Under the pieces are notes generated by a model. That model ran no database searches. It saw only the letters and a list, made by a program, of their open reading frames with translations, and was not told the origin of the DNA. DNA of 64,000 bases from an uncultured Gemmatimonadales bacterium (GTDB lineage Bacteria; Gemmatimonadota; Gemmatimonadetes; Longimicrobiales; Gaopeijiaceae), in NCBI GenBank assembly GCA_963823035.1, contig CAWGKG010000017.1, positions 32,001 to 96,000 on the forward strand. The letters run 5' to 3'. Of the stretch, positions 40,653 to 52,105 are shown piece after piece (within the stretch, counting starts at the first letter, position 1; each line of letters begins with the position of its first letter). Position numbers and translations under genes: made by a program.

Positions 40653-42101
40653 ATGCATTCCGAGACCGAAGAGGAGTCCCCCGACGGACCCCGTCGAGAG
40701 GCGAACGTCCTCCTCACGCATCTGTCCGACCGCGTGGTCGGACAGCCGACGGCGCTGGAGGCGATCGTCCCGAGCCTCCAGCTGCACCTGAGCGGTCTGG
40801 CTCCCGAGGGCCGCCCGGTGGGTGTCTTCCTCCTGCTCGGTCCGACCGGTACGGGGAAGACCCGCACGGTGGAGGCGATCGCGGACGTCCTGCACGGGGA
40901 CCTGCACCGCCTGGTGCGCATCGACTGCGGCGAGTTCCAGGGGGACCACGAGGTCGCCAAGCTCATCGGCGCCCCGCCCGGCTACGTGGGCCACGCCGAC
41001 ACGAAGCCGCGCCTCACGCAGGACAGCCTCGCCGAGGTGACCAGCCCGTCCAGCGATCTCGCGCTCGTGCTGTTCGATGAGATCGAGAAGGCGGCGCCCG
41101 CCCTCATGCAGCTCCTGCTCGGCGTGCTCGATCGGGCCACCCTCCGCCTCGGGGACGGCGGCGAGGTCGACTTCTCCAAGACGCTCATCTTCCTCACGAG
41201 CAACCTGGGCGCTCGGGAGATGATGGAGGAGATGCGCCCCGGGCTCGGCTTCGACACCGGCCACGCGCACGACTCGAAGGAGCTCTCGGAGCGCCTCGAG
41301 CGGATCGGGGTGCGGGCGGTGAAGAAGTTCTTCTCCCCGGAGTTCGTGAACCGCGTCGACGCCGTGGTCACCTACCGCCCGCTCGACGCGGCCTCCGTCG
41401 TGGCGATCTGCGACCAGCAGATCCGCGACCTGCAGCACCACGTCCACACCCGGCTCGGAGACAGCTCCTTCCAGATCGAGATCGAGCCGGCAGCCCGCTA
41501 CTTCCTGATCGACAAGGGCACCAGCCTGGAGTACGGTGCCCGCGAGCTGAAGCGGGTGATCCACCGACATCTGACCCAGCCGCTGGCGGCGATGGTCGTG
41601 AACGAGAAGGTCCCGCCCGGGACGCGCGTCTACGTGGAGATGGCCGAGAGCGGCGAGTCCCTCACGCTGCGCGCCGATCCCCCCGAGGAGGTGCCGGTGA
41701 CGGCGGACGGGGTCCGCACCGTCCTCACGGTGGACGACAATGCCGACCTCCTCCTGTGGATGGAGCGCGTCCTGAGCGAGTCGGGATTCCGGGTCGTGAC
41801 GGCAGGCTCCGTGCGCGAGGCCGCGGCGAAGGCGGCCGCGGAGAGGCCCGACCTGGCCGTGCTCGACTACCTCCTGCCGGACGGCGACGGGGTGTTCCTC
41901 GCCACCGAGCTGCTCCACGATCATCCCGGCATCGGCATCGTCATCGTCAGCGGCACGGAGCTGGACGCCGAGTCCCGCGCCATCACCCGGCGCCACGAGA
42001 TCCGCTTTCTGCGAAAGCCCTTCCTCGTCGGGGAGTTCGTGGCGGCCGTGAGGGCCGCCGGGCCCAGGACGCGTCAGGCGTCGTCGGGGGGCAGCTCCTG
42101 A
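40653..42101 (+). CDS. ClpA/ClpB D2-like AAA+ ATPase fused to a receiver domain
   Basis: RVVGQ, GPTGTGKT, AKLIGAPPGYVG, LFDEIEKA, FLTSNLG, PEFVNRVD, YGARELKR, then TVDDN..LDYLLPDGDG..KPF. Confidence 0.9.
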   Translation: MHSETEEESPDGPRREANVLLTHLSDRVVGQPTALEAIVPSLQLHLSGLAPEGRPVGVFLLLGPTGTGKTRTVEAIADVLHGDLHRLVRIDCGEFQGDHEVAKLIGAPPGYVGHADTKPRLTQDSLAEVTSPSSDLALVLFDEIEKAAPALMQLLLGVLDRATLRLGDGGEVDFSKTLIFLTSNLGAREMMEEMRPGLGFDTGHAHDSKELSERLERIGVRAVKKFFSPEFVNRVDAVVTYRPLDAASVVAICDQQIRDLQHHVHTRLGDSSFQIEIEPAARYFLIDKGTSLEYGARELKRVIHRHLTQPLAAMVVNEKVPPGTRVYVEMAESGESLTLRADPPEEVPVTADGVRTVLTVDDNADLLLWMERVLSESGFRVVTAGSVREAAAKAAAERPDLAVLDYLLPDGDGVFLATELLHDHPGIGIVIVSGTELDAESRAITRRHEIRFLRKPFLVGEFVAAVRAAGPRTRQASSGGSS

Positions 42102-42156
42102 GGCTCCGATCGCGCCACGGATAGCGGTCGGGACGGCCAGGCGTCCGTCTCGTGGG

Positions 42157-42432
42157 TCATCCGCGGTATTCCACGAAGGCGTCGTCCACGAAGCAATAGA
42201 GCCAGCGCTCGCCGGGCTCCGCGGAAGCGATCACGGCGTGCCCGCTGGCGCGCGCGTGCGCCGAGGCGTGCCGGTTCGGGGAGCTGTCACAGCAGAGGGT
42301 GACCCCGCATTCCTGGCAGGTGCGCAGGTGCACCCAGCGGCCCTGGATCTTCTCGCATTCCTCGCACACCCGCCGCTCCGGCTGCCTGATCGAGCGGACG
42401 GCGGTGATGTGTGCACACGGTTCGACGTTCAT
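42157..42432 (-). CDS. UBP-type zinc finger protein
   Basis: CAH, CEEC..WVHLRTCQECG..CCDSSPNRHASAH..H..S.EPGERW.YC. Confidence 0.9.
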   Translation of the reverse strand: MNVEPCAHITAVRSIRQPERRVCEECEKIQGRWVHLRTCQECGVTLCCDSSPNRHASAHARASGHAVIASAEPGERWLYCFVDDAFVEYRG

Positions 42433-43274
42433 GCCCCGGCCCCGCCCTCGAGGGAGTCGCTGCCGCCGACGCGCCGTACCCGGAGCGGCGCATCCGCGAT
42501 CCGCTGGTGCGCCAGGGCCCAATCGAGGGCGTAGTCCGCCACCTCCTCCCACCCGGGCTCGGTGCACAGGAAATGCGACCGACCCGGGGAAGGACTTCAG
42601 CTCGGTGACGGAGGGCGCGCGTTTCTGTTTGCGATACGTGGCGCGCACCATCGCGGGCACGATCGTGCGGTCCGCCTCTCCGGCCACGAGGAGGAGCGGG
42701 GCGCGATCGGGGTTCTTCGCGTGGATGCCCGTGCCGATGCCGAGCGCACCCTGCCAGTAGAGGCGGCCGGGCGTCCCGACCACGTAGCGCTCGTACGCCG
42801 GGCGCTTCGCCTCCGCGGGAAGGGTCTGCGCGAAGTTGGTCGAGAACTGCTGCAGCGTCATCGGTACCACGCGGCTCCAGCCCCGCCAGGCCAGGAAGAC
42901 CGGAAGGGCGGAGAGGAGCGTGCGCGGCCTCGGAACCACCCCGCGGATCGGCGCCGGATCGAACGCGACGCCCGCCACGCCCAGGCCGCGGTCCAGCAGC
43001 AACTGCGCGAAGAGGCCGCCGTACGAGTGCCCCATGATGATCGGCGACTCCGGGAGCCCGTGGATGGCGGCGGCATAGTGGTCCACGATCCGGCCGATCG
43101 TGAGCCTTGCGAGCTCCGGGCGGGGGCGCGCCGCAGCTCCTCGATGGTCTGGTCCTCGAGCGGCCACGGCGGCGCGACGGTCTTGATCCCCCGCGCTTCG
43201 TAGCGAGCCCGGAAGGAGTCCCACGACGTGGGCGTCAGCCAGGCGCCGTGGATGAGCAGGACGGTCTTGGACAC
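42429..43274 (-). CDS. Alpha/beta hydrolase; frameshifts near 43120 and 42580
   Basis: LLIHGAW, MGHSYGGL, AGEADRTIV. Confidence 0.8.
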
Positions 43275-43369
43275 GATCGGTCTCCCATGGGGCAGGTACG
43301 GGGACGTTCGAGCCGCAGCAGGACGATACGACGCGGTGGGCCTTTCGCCCACCCTCGACGTGAGCCGCC

Positions 43370-44159
43370 CTACTGCGTGTCCAGATCCCCCCGCACGACC
43401 TGGGCCACCGTCGCAAGCACCCCGGCCAGGCAGGTGACGCCCACCACCACGAGGCTCCCGGCAGACAGCGTCTCGACGCGGGGCCCCGCCACGCCGGCGA
43501 ACAGCGGCACGATCGACCAGGGGAACCACCGTCCCCAGCCGGTGGCGCCGAACACGTTGCCGAGCACGAGCATCAGCATCGCGAAGCCGAGCGGAGGCAG
43601 ATAGCCACGACCGAGCGTAGCGATCCACGCGACGACCGGCGTGAGGAGGAAGCCGACGGCGGCGGCGAGCGACACGGCCCCCACACCGGACGCCAACACC
43701 GCGGCCGAGAAGCCCGGCAGACGGAGCGCCATGGCCACGGCCACCCCTTCGACCAGGACGGCCGCGACGAGCCCGAGCCACCAGCACGGCCGCGACCGCC
43801 AGCTTCGCGAAGACGAACCACGGCCGCGGCACCGGGAGCGCGAGCATGTTCTTCGCCGTCCCCTCCGCGTACTCCCGCCCGAACACGTACGCGGCGATGA
43901 CCGCGAGGAGGAGGCCGCCCACGATGCCGATCATCTGCGTGAGCATGCCGAAGTACCCGGCCCAGGACGCGTCGAGGCCCAGGATGCTGGCCTTCGTGCC
44001 CAGGAGCCCCATCCGCGTCGCGCGCTCGGGCTCGCGCACGATCCACATGAAGAGGCCGCCGCCCAGCGGCCCGAGGGCGATCGCCAGGAGCGAGAGCCCC
44101 GCCACCCGGCTCCTGCGCAGCTTGGCCGCTTCCGTCGCGACCACGTCGACGAAGGTCAT
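43370..44159 (-). CDS. ABC-2 type permease (lantibiotic-immunity / bacitracin-resistance-like); frameshift near 43780
   Basis: TEAAKLRRS, FGREYAEGTAKNMLALPVPR, WFPWS. Confidence 0.8.
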
Positions 44160-45068
44160 GTGGCACCTCCCGTGCGCCGGAGGAAGTAGCTCTCGAGGTC
44201 CTCCCGCGCCGGGATCAGGGCGGAGAGCTCCACGCCTCCCTGCACGAGCAGGCGGGCGATGTCGGGCGCGCGCGCAACGTCCCCGAACACGCGCAGCCCG
44301 CCTTCGACCTCGTCCATGCCCGAGAACCCGGCCGCCGTGAGCACCCTACGCGCCGTGGCCGTGTCGCCCGCGCGCACCTCGATGAAGGGGCGCGCCCGCG
44401 CCCGCAGCTCGTTCCGATCCAGCTCCTCGGTCAGGCGTCCCTCGTGGACGATCCCGATGCGATCGGCCAGTTGGGCCACCTCCGCGAGGATGTGACTCGA
44501 CATGAAGACCGTGACGCCCTCGTCGGTTGCGAGCGAGCGCAGCAGCTCCCGCACCTCCACGATGCCGGCGGGGTCGAGCGCGTTGGCCGGCTCGTCCAGG
44601 AGGAGGAGGGCGGGGCGATGGAGCAGCGCGCGCGCCAGGCCGAGGCGTTGCTTGTTGCCGAGCGACAGGATGCCCGCCCGCCGATCCGCGTAGCGGGCCG
44701 AGCCCCAGCCGCTCGATCGCCTCCGCCACCGCGCGGCGAGGCGCGTCGGTGAGGCGCCGCTGGATCTCCAGGTTCTCGCGAACCGTGAGGTTGGCGTAGG
44801 CGGTCGCGGTCTCGACCAGATAGCCCACGCGCCGGAGCGCGCGGCTCGACCGGAGCGTCATCGGCGACCCGAGGATGCGCACCTCCCCGGCCGTGGGTCG
44901 GACGAGGCCGAGCAGCATCCGGATCGTCGTGGTCTTCCCCGCGCCGTTTCGCCCGAGGAAGCCGTAGATCTCCCCCTCGCGCACGTCGAGATCGAGCCCG
45001 TCCACGGCCACCACGTCGGGGTAGCGCTTCGTGAGGCCGCGCGTCGCGACGGCGCCGCCGCCGCTCAC
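44156..45068 (-). CDS. ABC transporter ATP-binding protein (BcrA-like); frameshift near 44690
   Basis: GRNGAGKTT, LSLGNKQR, LDEPANALD, SSHILAEV, LESYF. Confidence 0.88.
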
Positions 45069-45658
45069 CGGCCGCCCCCGGTGGCCGAGCGCGCGCAGCG
45101 CCAGCTCCGCGCCGAGCGGTGAGCGCGTCGGGCATCCGGTCCGTGGGTGTTCCGGCGAGCTCCGCCCCGCGCAGCCCTCCGAGCACGAACCAGGCCGCGG
45201 CCTTCTCGTCGGGAACGTGGAAGGCGCCCTCCGCCACGCCCTTCGCCACGATGCCCTCCATGAGGGGAAGGAGGCGCGGTACGATCCGCTCCTCGAGTCG
45301 GCGGTGCAGCGGGAGGTTCTCGGGACGGTGCAGCAGCTCGGCCAGCTCGGAGGCTCCTTCCTCCCCGGCGGCTCCGGCGAGCGCGTCGATGAAGGCGCGC
45401 AGCTGCGACGCGGCCGAGGAGCCGTCGTCGAGCGCCGCCTCGGCCACGTCGATGACCCCGCCGACCATCCGCTCCGCCACGGCGACCAGCACGTCGTCCT
45501 TGCTGTCGAAGTAGAGATAGAACGTGCCCTGGGCCACGCCCGCGCGCTCGCACGATGTCGGACACGGCCGTGTTCGCCACGCCCCGCTCCGCGAACACGG
45601 CGGCGGCCGCGGCGGCGAACTCGGCGCGGCGCGCGCCCTTGTCCACCTTCTTCGGCAT
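45065..45658 (-). CDS. TetR/AcrR-family regulator; frameshifts
   Basis: AAAVFAERGVANTAVSDI..GVAQGTFYLYFDSKDD. Confidence 0.88.
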   Translation of the reverse strand: MPKKVDKGARRAEFAAAAAAVFAERGVANTAVSDIVRARGRGPGHVLSLLRQQGRRAGRRGGADGRRGHRRGRGGARRRLLGRVAAARLHRRARRSRRGGRSLRAGRAAAPSREPPAAPPTRGADRTAPPSPHGGHRGEGRGGGRLPRSRREGRGLVRARRAARGGARRNTHGPDARRAHRSARSWRCARSATGGGR

Positions 45659-45685
45659 GGGGTCCTCCGGGAACGGAGATCGTTT

Positions 45686-45708
45686 ATGACTGACTGTCAG
45701 TCATTATA
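45686..45708 (-). promoter_or_regulatory. TetR operator palindrome overlapping a -10 box
   Basis: Perfect ATGACTGAC-T-GTCAGTCAT (45686-45704); TATAAT on the minus strand at 45703-45708. Confidence 0.8.
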
Positions 45709-45851
45709 AGATCGCCGCGCATCGATCCGACAAGGGGCCGCGACCCGTCGGCCGATGGAGGCGCAGCGGGGACGATCCCCCTATCGTGTCAGCGCGGGCA
45801 CGCCCATGCGTGTCCTCGACGTATCCGCGTCGCCATCGAGAGAGATCCCCC

Positions 45852-47950
45852 ATGAGCAAGCACGCCTTCCGCGCCCTGGCCTTCCTGGCGGGCGCCGTTC
45901 TCGCCTCCTCCCCCGGCCTTCGGGCCCAGACGAGCGCCTCCGCCCCGATGCAGGGCTCCGGCGCCCTTCCCGAGCGGGCGATCCGTCGCACGCTCCCCAT
46001 GACCGACATGATCCGTCGCGCCTGGGCGGCAGGCACGCGCGACGCCAGCGGCCGGCCCGGCCCCGACTACTGGCAGCTCGGCGTCGACTACACGATCCAC
46101 GCGACCTTCGACCCCGGGACCGCCCGCGTCACGGGCCGCGAGACCGCCGTGATCCACAACACGAGCGACTCGACGCTGTCGAGCGTCCATCTCCGCCTGG
46201 ACCAGAACATCTTCGCGCCCAACGTCCCGCGGCTCGAGACCGTGCCGGAGATCACCGACGGGATGCCCGTCACGCGCCTCGCGTTCGACGGCCGGGAAGT
46301 GGACCTGAATCCGCCTCCGCGCCGGCGCTTCCGCGGAGCCGGCGGGCAGGCGCAGGAGGTCACGCTCGCGGCGTACGGCCTCGGCCAGACGACCGCGCAG
46401 ATCACCCTGCCCACGCCCATCCCCGCGCACGGCAGCGGCACGCTCGAGGCGGAGTGGAGCTTCAAGGTCCCGCGCTCCGACAACATGCGCGGGCTGCGCA
46501 TGGGGAGCTGGGCGGACTCCCTCTTCCAGGTGGCGCAGTGGTATCCGCGCGTGGCCGTCTACGACGACCTGCGCGATGGGCGGCTGGGACACGGATCCGT
46601 ACCTCGGTCCGTCCGAGTTCTACAACAACTTCGGCAGCTTCGACGTGACGATCGACGTCCCGGCGGGATGGATCGTGGGCGCGACCGGCGTGCTGCGAGA
46701 ATCCCGAGGAGGTCCTCACGGCCACCGCGCGCGATCGGCTGTCGCACGCGCTCGACTTCGACACGACGTTGACGGTCGTCGGCGCCACCGAGCGGGGCGC
46801 GGGCCGAGCCACCGCGGCAGGCGACCGGCTGCAGTGGCACTTCGTGGCGGACAGCGTAGCCGACTTCGCGTGGGCCACCTCGGACCGCTTCGTGTGGGAC
46901 GTGAGCCGCGCGACGATCCCCGGGAAGGGTCCGATCCCCATCCAGATCCTCTACCTGCCGAGCAACACCGAGCGGTACGCCGAAGCCGGCCCGGTCGTGC
47001 GCCACGCGCTCGAGTTCTACTCGAAGCTCTGGATGCCCTACGCCTTCCCGCAGATGACGATCGTGGACGGCCCGGAGGGCGGGATGGAGTATCCCGGGTT
47101 CATCATGTCGAGCGTGGGCGCGGCCGACCACGAGACCGGACACCAGTGGTGGCCCATGATGGTCGGCGTGAACGAGACGTGGTACGGCTTCATGGACGAG
47201 GGATTCAACCAGTACATGAACATCCTGTCGCGCGACGACCGCGATGGGCGGCCCCCCCGACCTGGACGGGCTCGGTCAGCGCTACGGCTCCATCAGCCGG
47301 CGACGAGCGCGAGGCGCCGCTCATGTGGGACGCGAACTACGGCGGCCCGATGTACTCCTTCCAGGCCTACTCGAAGGCGCCGCTGATGCTGTCCATGCTC
47401 GGTGGCATGGTGGGGGACACGGCCGTGTGGCAGGCCATGAGCGGGTACGCGGAGGCGTGGCGCTTCAAGCATCCGTCGCCGTGGGACTACGCCTTCTTCA
47501 TGAACGACGCGCTGCACCGTGACCTGTCGTGGTTCTGGAACGCGTGGCTCTTCGAGACCAGCTCGGTGGACGGGGGCATCCAGAAGGTGGTGACGGAGGG
47601 AGGGCGCACCACCGTGACCGTGAAGCAGGACGGGGAGATGCCCTCGCCCGTGGTGCTCGAGGTGGAGCTCGCGCCCGGCCCGTCTCCGGCGAGGCCGATG
47701 CCCAACGCGACGATGCTCGACGGCGACAGGGCCGTCGTCACGTGGCCCGTGGACGTGTGGTTCGCCGGGAGCCGGACCTTCGACGCCGTGCTCGACTTCG
47801 GTGGGCGGGCGGTACGCAAGGTCACGCTCGACCCCGCACTGCCGCTTCCCGGACCGGGACATCACGGACAACGTCTGGCCGCCGGACCCGAGCCTCGCCG
47901 AGGCGACGGGTGGCAACCCCTTCGGTCGGGCGACCTGCTACGGCCATTGA
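45852..47950 (+). CDS. M1 family zinc aminopeptidase, secreted; several frameshifts
   Basis: GRPGPDYWQ, AQWYPR, GGMEYP, HETGHQWW..MDEG, AYSK, WRFKHP. Confidence 0.88.
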
Positions 47951-47960
47951 GGGCGGCGCC

Positions 47961-48764
47961 GTGGCAGATACGCTGAGGCTGATGGCCGTGCTGGCCCACC
48001 CCGACGACGAGACGCTCGGGTTCGGGGGCGTGCTGGCGCGCTATGCCGACGAGGGCGTCGAGACGCACGTCCTGACCGCGACGCGCGGGCAGGGCGGGCG
48101 ACACGGCGAGGGCGAGCACCCGGGCCGGGAGGCACTCGGCAGGATCCGCGAGGCGGAGGAACGGGCGGCCGCGCGCGAGCTCGGCGTCACGGACGTCCGC
48201 TTCCTCGACTACATGGACGGGGAGCTGGACCGCGCCGATCCGGTCGAGGCGACGGCCGCGATCGCCGGCCACCTCCGCCGCGTCCGTCCCCACGTCGTCG
48301 TCACCTTCGCGCACGAGGGCGCCTACGGGCACCCGGACCACATCGCCGTCTCGCAGCTCACCTCGGCCGCGGCGATCCGCGCAGCGGACCCCGGACAGGA
48401 CGATGGGAACGAGCCGCACGCGCTCTCGAAGCTCTATCAACTCGCGTGGAGCGGCGCGACGTGGGAGGCGTACCAGCGGGCGTTCAAGAGGCTGGTCAGC
48501 AGGGTGGACGGGATCGAGCGCAGCGTCGAGCCGTGGCCGGAGTGGGCGATCACCACCCGCGTGGATTGCCGGCGGTGGTGGCCGCGCGTGTGGCGCGCGG
48601 TGCAGTGCCACCGGACGCAGATGTCGTCCTACGCCGCGCTCGCCGGGCTCGCCGACGAGGACCACGAGACGCTGTGGGGCAACCAGACGTTCTACCGCGC
48701 CTTCAGCACGGTGAACGGCGGGCGGGCGGTGGAGACCGATCTCTTCGAGGGGCTGCGGCGATAG
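47961..48764 (+). CDS. PIG-L / LmbE family deacetylase
   Basis: AHPDDE, TATRGQ, GHPDH, HRTQ, ETDLFEGL. Confidence 0.92.
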   Translation: MADTLRLMAVLAHPDDETLGFGGVLARYADEGVETHVLTATRGQGGRHGEGEHPGREALGRIREAEERAAARELGVTDVRFLDYMDGELDRADPVEATAAIAGHLRRVRPHVVVTFAHEGAYGHPDHIAVSQLTSAAAIRAADPGQDDGNEPHALSKLYQLAWSGATWEAYQRAFKRLVSRVDGIERSVEPWPEWAITTRVDCRRWWPRVWRAVQCHRTQMSSYAALAGLADEDHETLWGNQTFYRAFSTVNGGRAVETDLFEGLRR

Positions 48765-48787
48765 CCGAACGGCACCGCCCCCTCCCG

Positions 48788-51573
48788 TCAGCGACGGACG
48801 GCCCAGGTGCCGACGACGTGGTCGGGGATGCCGCGCTCGGGGCTGTACACGCTATAGGTGGCTCCGGCCAGAAGGGCGAGGAATCCGACCGCTCGGAGTC
48901 CCCGGAGGACCGGCGTGGCGGTCCACACCAACCCGGGCACCAGCGCCAGGCAGGGCGACCAAGCCACCAGTGCCGGAGCAGGCAACGCACGCGGCCGACC
49001 CGGCGGCCTCGCTCGTCCACGAGCCGGATGCCGAGCATCGAGTAGGACAGACCACCGCGGAGCAGGAAGGCTGCCGGAAGGGCGAGGAGCCCGAAAGCGG
49101 TGTACACGGCCGCTCCCTCGGAAATGTGTAGGCGAGGGTGAAGTAGCCACCGTAGGTGCCCGCCGGATTGCCGATCACGGCGCGGGCCTGGTGCAGCCGT
49201 GATCGATCGGTCCTCGGGTACTGGCGGGCCGCCTCCCGCAAAGCCTCGCGCGTCCCCGCGGAAAGGTCACCGAAGGCGACGCCCTGCCCACCTCCGTACG
49301 CCCCCGGTAGAGGTGGGCGAGGATGATCCGCGCCGCGTCGCGCCGGGCTTCCACCTGCTGCTGGATGTCGGCGTCCTGGACATACCGCTCGACGAACTCC
49401 GACTCGATCCGCTCGGAGACGTCAGATACTCGATGGCCTGGGCCACGCCCGGAAGGAGCATCAGCGCCGGGACGAGGTTCAGCCAGAGGATCACGCCGAG
49501 GCGGGTGATGCGTCCGACCACGTCGGGGCGATGGGCGTGGGCCGCCAGCGCCTCCAGAACCTCCTCCATCGCCGCTTCACCCGCCTCGAACCGAGCGATC
49601 GCCTCCACGGCCGCGCGCCCATGTTCAGGGACCTTCAGCTCGTCCAGGCGCGCGCTCCCGTCCGCGTCGCTGCGCCCGGTGAATCCGAGACCGAGCATGC
49701 AGGAAAGCAACCCGGCAGCTCGCCCTTCGCTGTCCGGCGCGCTCGCGGGCCGTGGGCGATCCTCCCGCGCTCCCACGGCCGTCGTATCGGCGGATGTGGG
49801 GATCGGAAAGTCCAGGATCTTGGCGTGCCCATTGGCGTCGATCCAAACGTGGGCCAGCGAGGTCGGACTCTGCCACCCGCCCTTCCGCCGGGCCTCGAGC
49901 TCCCGGGCCACGTCAAGGAGGAGGGGACGCAACCTGCCCCAGGAAAGGCGGCCCTCCTCAGCGACCCAGCGCGCGAACCCGACGCCACCGGGCGCGCCGT
50001 AGGCGTCCCAGGCACCGTCGTCGGCCCGTGCGCCCTGTAGCCACCGGAGGCGACCGAGCCGAACTGCACTCACCTCCGCGACGGGGCGGGCCCGGCCTGG
50101 GTCCGCGAAGTGGTGGAGCCACACGTCGCGGTGCAAGCGATCGTCGCGCGCGGTGTAGACGCTCTCCTGGGGCGTGGACGAGACGACGCCCGTGGTCCGA
50201 TAGGGGCCGGAAGCTCCGGGAATCGCGTCGACCGCCAGGGAGCTCACCGGTGGCCGCTCCGGCACCGGCGCGGGGCCGGCCCTGCGCCTCGCCGCGATCA
50301 CCCGCGTGCCGCTCGCGAGATCGTGCAGTCCGACGAAGCCATTCCGGCGACGGGCCGGGATGAGGAGCGCCGCGTACAGGAAGGGCGTGAGGCCACCCTG
50401 CTCCGACACGACACGGAGCACGGCAAGCCGCGTCAGGACCGCGCTTGCGAGCGCGGGAACCGCCCAGAAGGCCACGGTGCGAAGCGCCACCCGCGGCGCG
50501 CCGGCCCGCGCCCCCGACGCCGTCGCAACACGGAGGCCCATCAGCCCCTTCCCCGGACTTCGTCCCCACACTGTCTCAGGGAGCCCGAAGTACAGCAGGC
50601 CGAGGCCGATCCACCCACCCTTGCCCCGAAATGCCGCGGCCGACATGCCCACTGCGAGGAAGAGGAACATGAACAGGATCCAGTCGATTCCCGCCGCCAT
50701 GAGCCGCTTCCCGGGGTCCGCCGGCAACGGCCCGCTGGAGGATTGCGGCAGGAGGTCCGCGCGCACCGCGTCGTAGTCCGGATACCGCTTCTCCCGATCC
50801 TTCTCCAGCAACCGCATGACGACGCGAGACAAGCGCCTCGACACGTCCTTGCAGATCTCGGACGGCGCCGGGGGCTGAGCGGTCAGGATGCTCGCGATGA
50901 CATGCACGGGCTCACCCGAGAACGGCCGGACGCCCGCGAGCATCTCGTAGAGGAGGGCTCCCAGGGAGTAGAGGTCGGATCGGACGTCCAGTTTCTCCCC
51001 ACGAACCTGCTCCGGCGAGGCGTAGTAGGGTGTGCCGACGAACAGACCGGTGCGGCTCAGGTCGCTCGGTGCCTCCAGGAGCTTCGAGACACCGAAGTCG
51101 CCGATCTTGACCGATGTCCCCCCCTCGTCGAGGAAGCAGTTGGACGGCTTCACGTCCCGATGCAGGATGCCCTTGGCATGTGCAGCCTCGAGCCCGTCCA
51201 TCAACTGGAGCGCGTAGTCCACCGCCTCCACGACCGGAACGGGCCCCTGCGCCAGACGATCCGCCAGCGTGCCGCCACGCATCAACTCCATGATGGCGGG
51301 CTCACCCTCCACCTCCTCTGCCCCGAAGACGTACACGCACGCAGGGTGACTCAGCGACGCGGCCAGCCGCCCCTCTCGCTCGAATCGCTCCACCGCGTCG
51401 GGCGAATCCTGTCCGACCTCCGTGAGCACCTTGAGCGCCACGCGCCGACCCGTGCGACGATCCTCCGCTTCCCAGACCGACCCCGCTCCACCCTTCCCCA
51501 GCAGGCGGATCAGGTCGAACGGGCCGAAGGAGATGCCGGACTCGAGGCGGGCGGCGCTCATGTCGGCCAACAT
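48788..51573 (-). CDS. Ser/Thr kinase with RDD domains and a degenerate second kinase-like domain; 3' part frameshifted
   Basis: LGKGGAG, VALK, HRDVKPSN, DFG, GTPYYASPEQ; RDD (KRLMAAGID..SPGK.LMGLRV..HDLASGT); second RDD ending DHVVGTW. Confidence 0.85.
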
Positions 51574-51645
51574 CTGCCGCCGTTTCCGGAGAGCGCAACC
51601 TTGTCGCCGTCCCACGGCCCCGGCGCCGCCCCCTTTTCAACTTTC

Positions 51646-51699
51646 TTGACACCCCGACGTCCAACTGCTAGAATCCCAGCATATGGTGGTTTTTCAGCA
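51646..51699 (+). promoter_or_regulatory. Sigma70-type promoter with tandem putative BlaI operators
   Basis: TTGACA (51646-51651), 17 bp, TAGAAT (51669-51674); TGCTAG-N4-CCAGCA (51666-51681) and TGGTGG-N4-TCAGCA (51684-51699). Confidence 0.75.
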
Positions 51700-51715
51700 G
51701 TAGGGAGTGGACGAC

Positions 51716-52105
51716 ATGACGAGCGGCCCCTTGAAGGACCTGAGCCGGCGTGAGCGCCAGGTGATGAGCGCGCTGTATGCCGGAGGGTCGGCGACGGTGA
51801 ACGAGGTGCTCGAGACCATGGCCGAGCCCCCGAGCTACTCCTCGGTGCGGGCGACGCTGCGCGTCCTCGAGGAGAAGGGCCACGTCACGCACGACGTGGA
51901 CGGGCGCCGCTACCTCTACCGCCCGACGGTGGCGCCGGAGGCGGCCCGGCGTGCCGCCCTCGCGGAAGTGGTCCGCACCTACTTCGACGGATCGGCGGAA
52001 AGCGCGGCGACGGCTCTGCTGCGCATGTCGGACAGCACCATCCCGCAGTCCGCGATCGAGCGGCTGGCGGCGGAGATCGAGCGCGCACGGCGCGAAGGGA
52101 GATGA
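51716..52105 (+). CDS. BlaI/MecI/CopY-family repressor
   Basis: LSRRERQVM..LY, SYSSVRATLRVLEEKGHV, TYFDGS. Confidence 0.93.
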   Translation: MTSGPLKDLSRRERQVMSALYAGGSATVNEVLETMAEPPSYSSVRATLRVLEEKGHVTHDVDGRRYLYRPTVAPEAARRAALAEVVRTYFDGSAESAATALLRMSDSTIPQSAIERLAAEIERARREGR

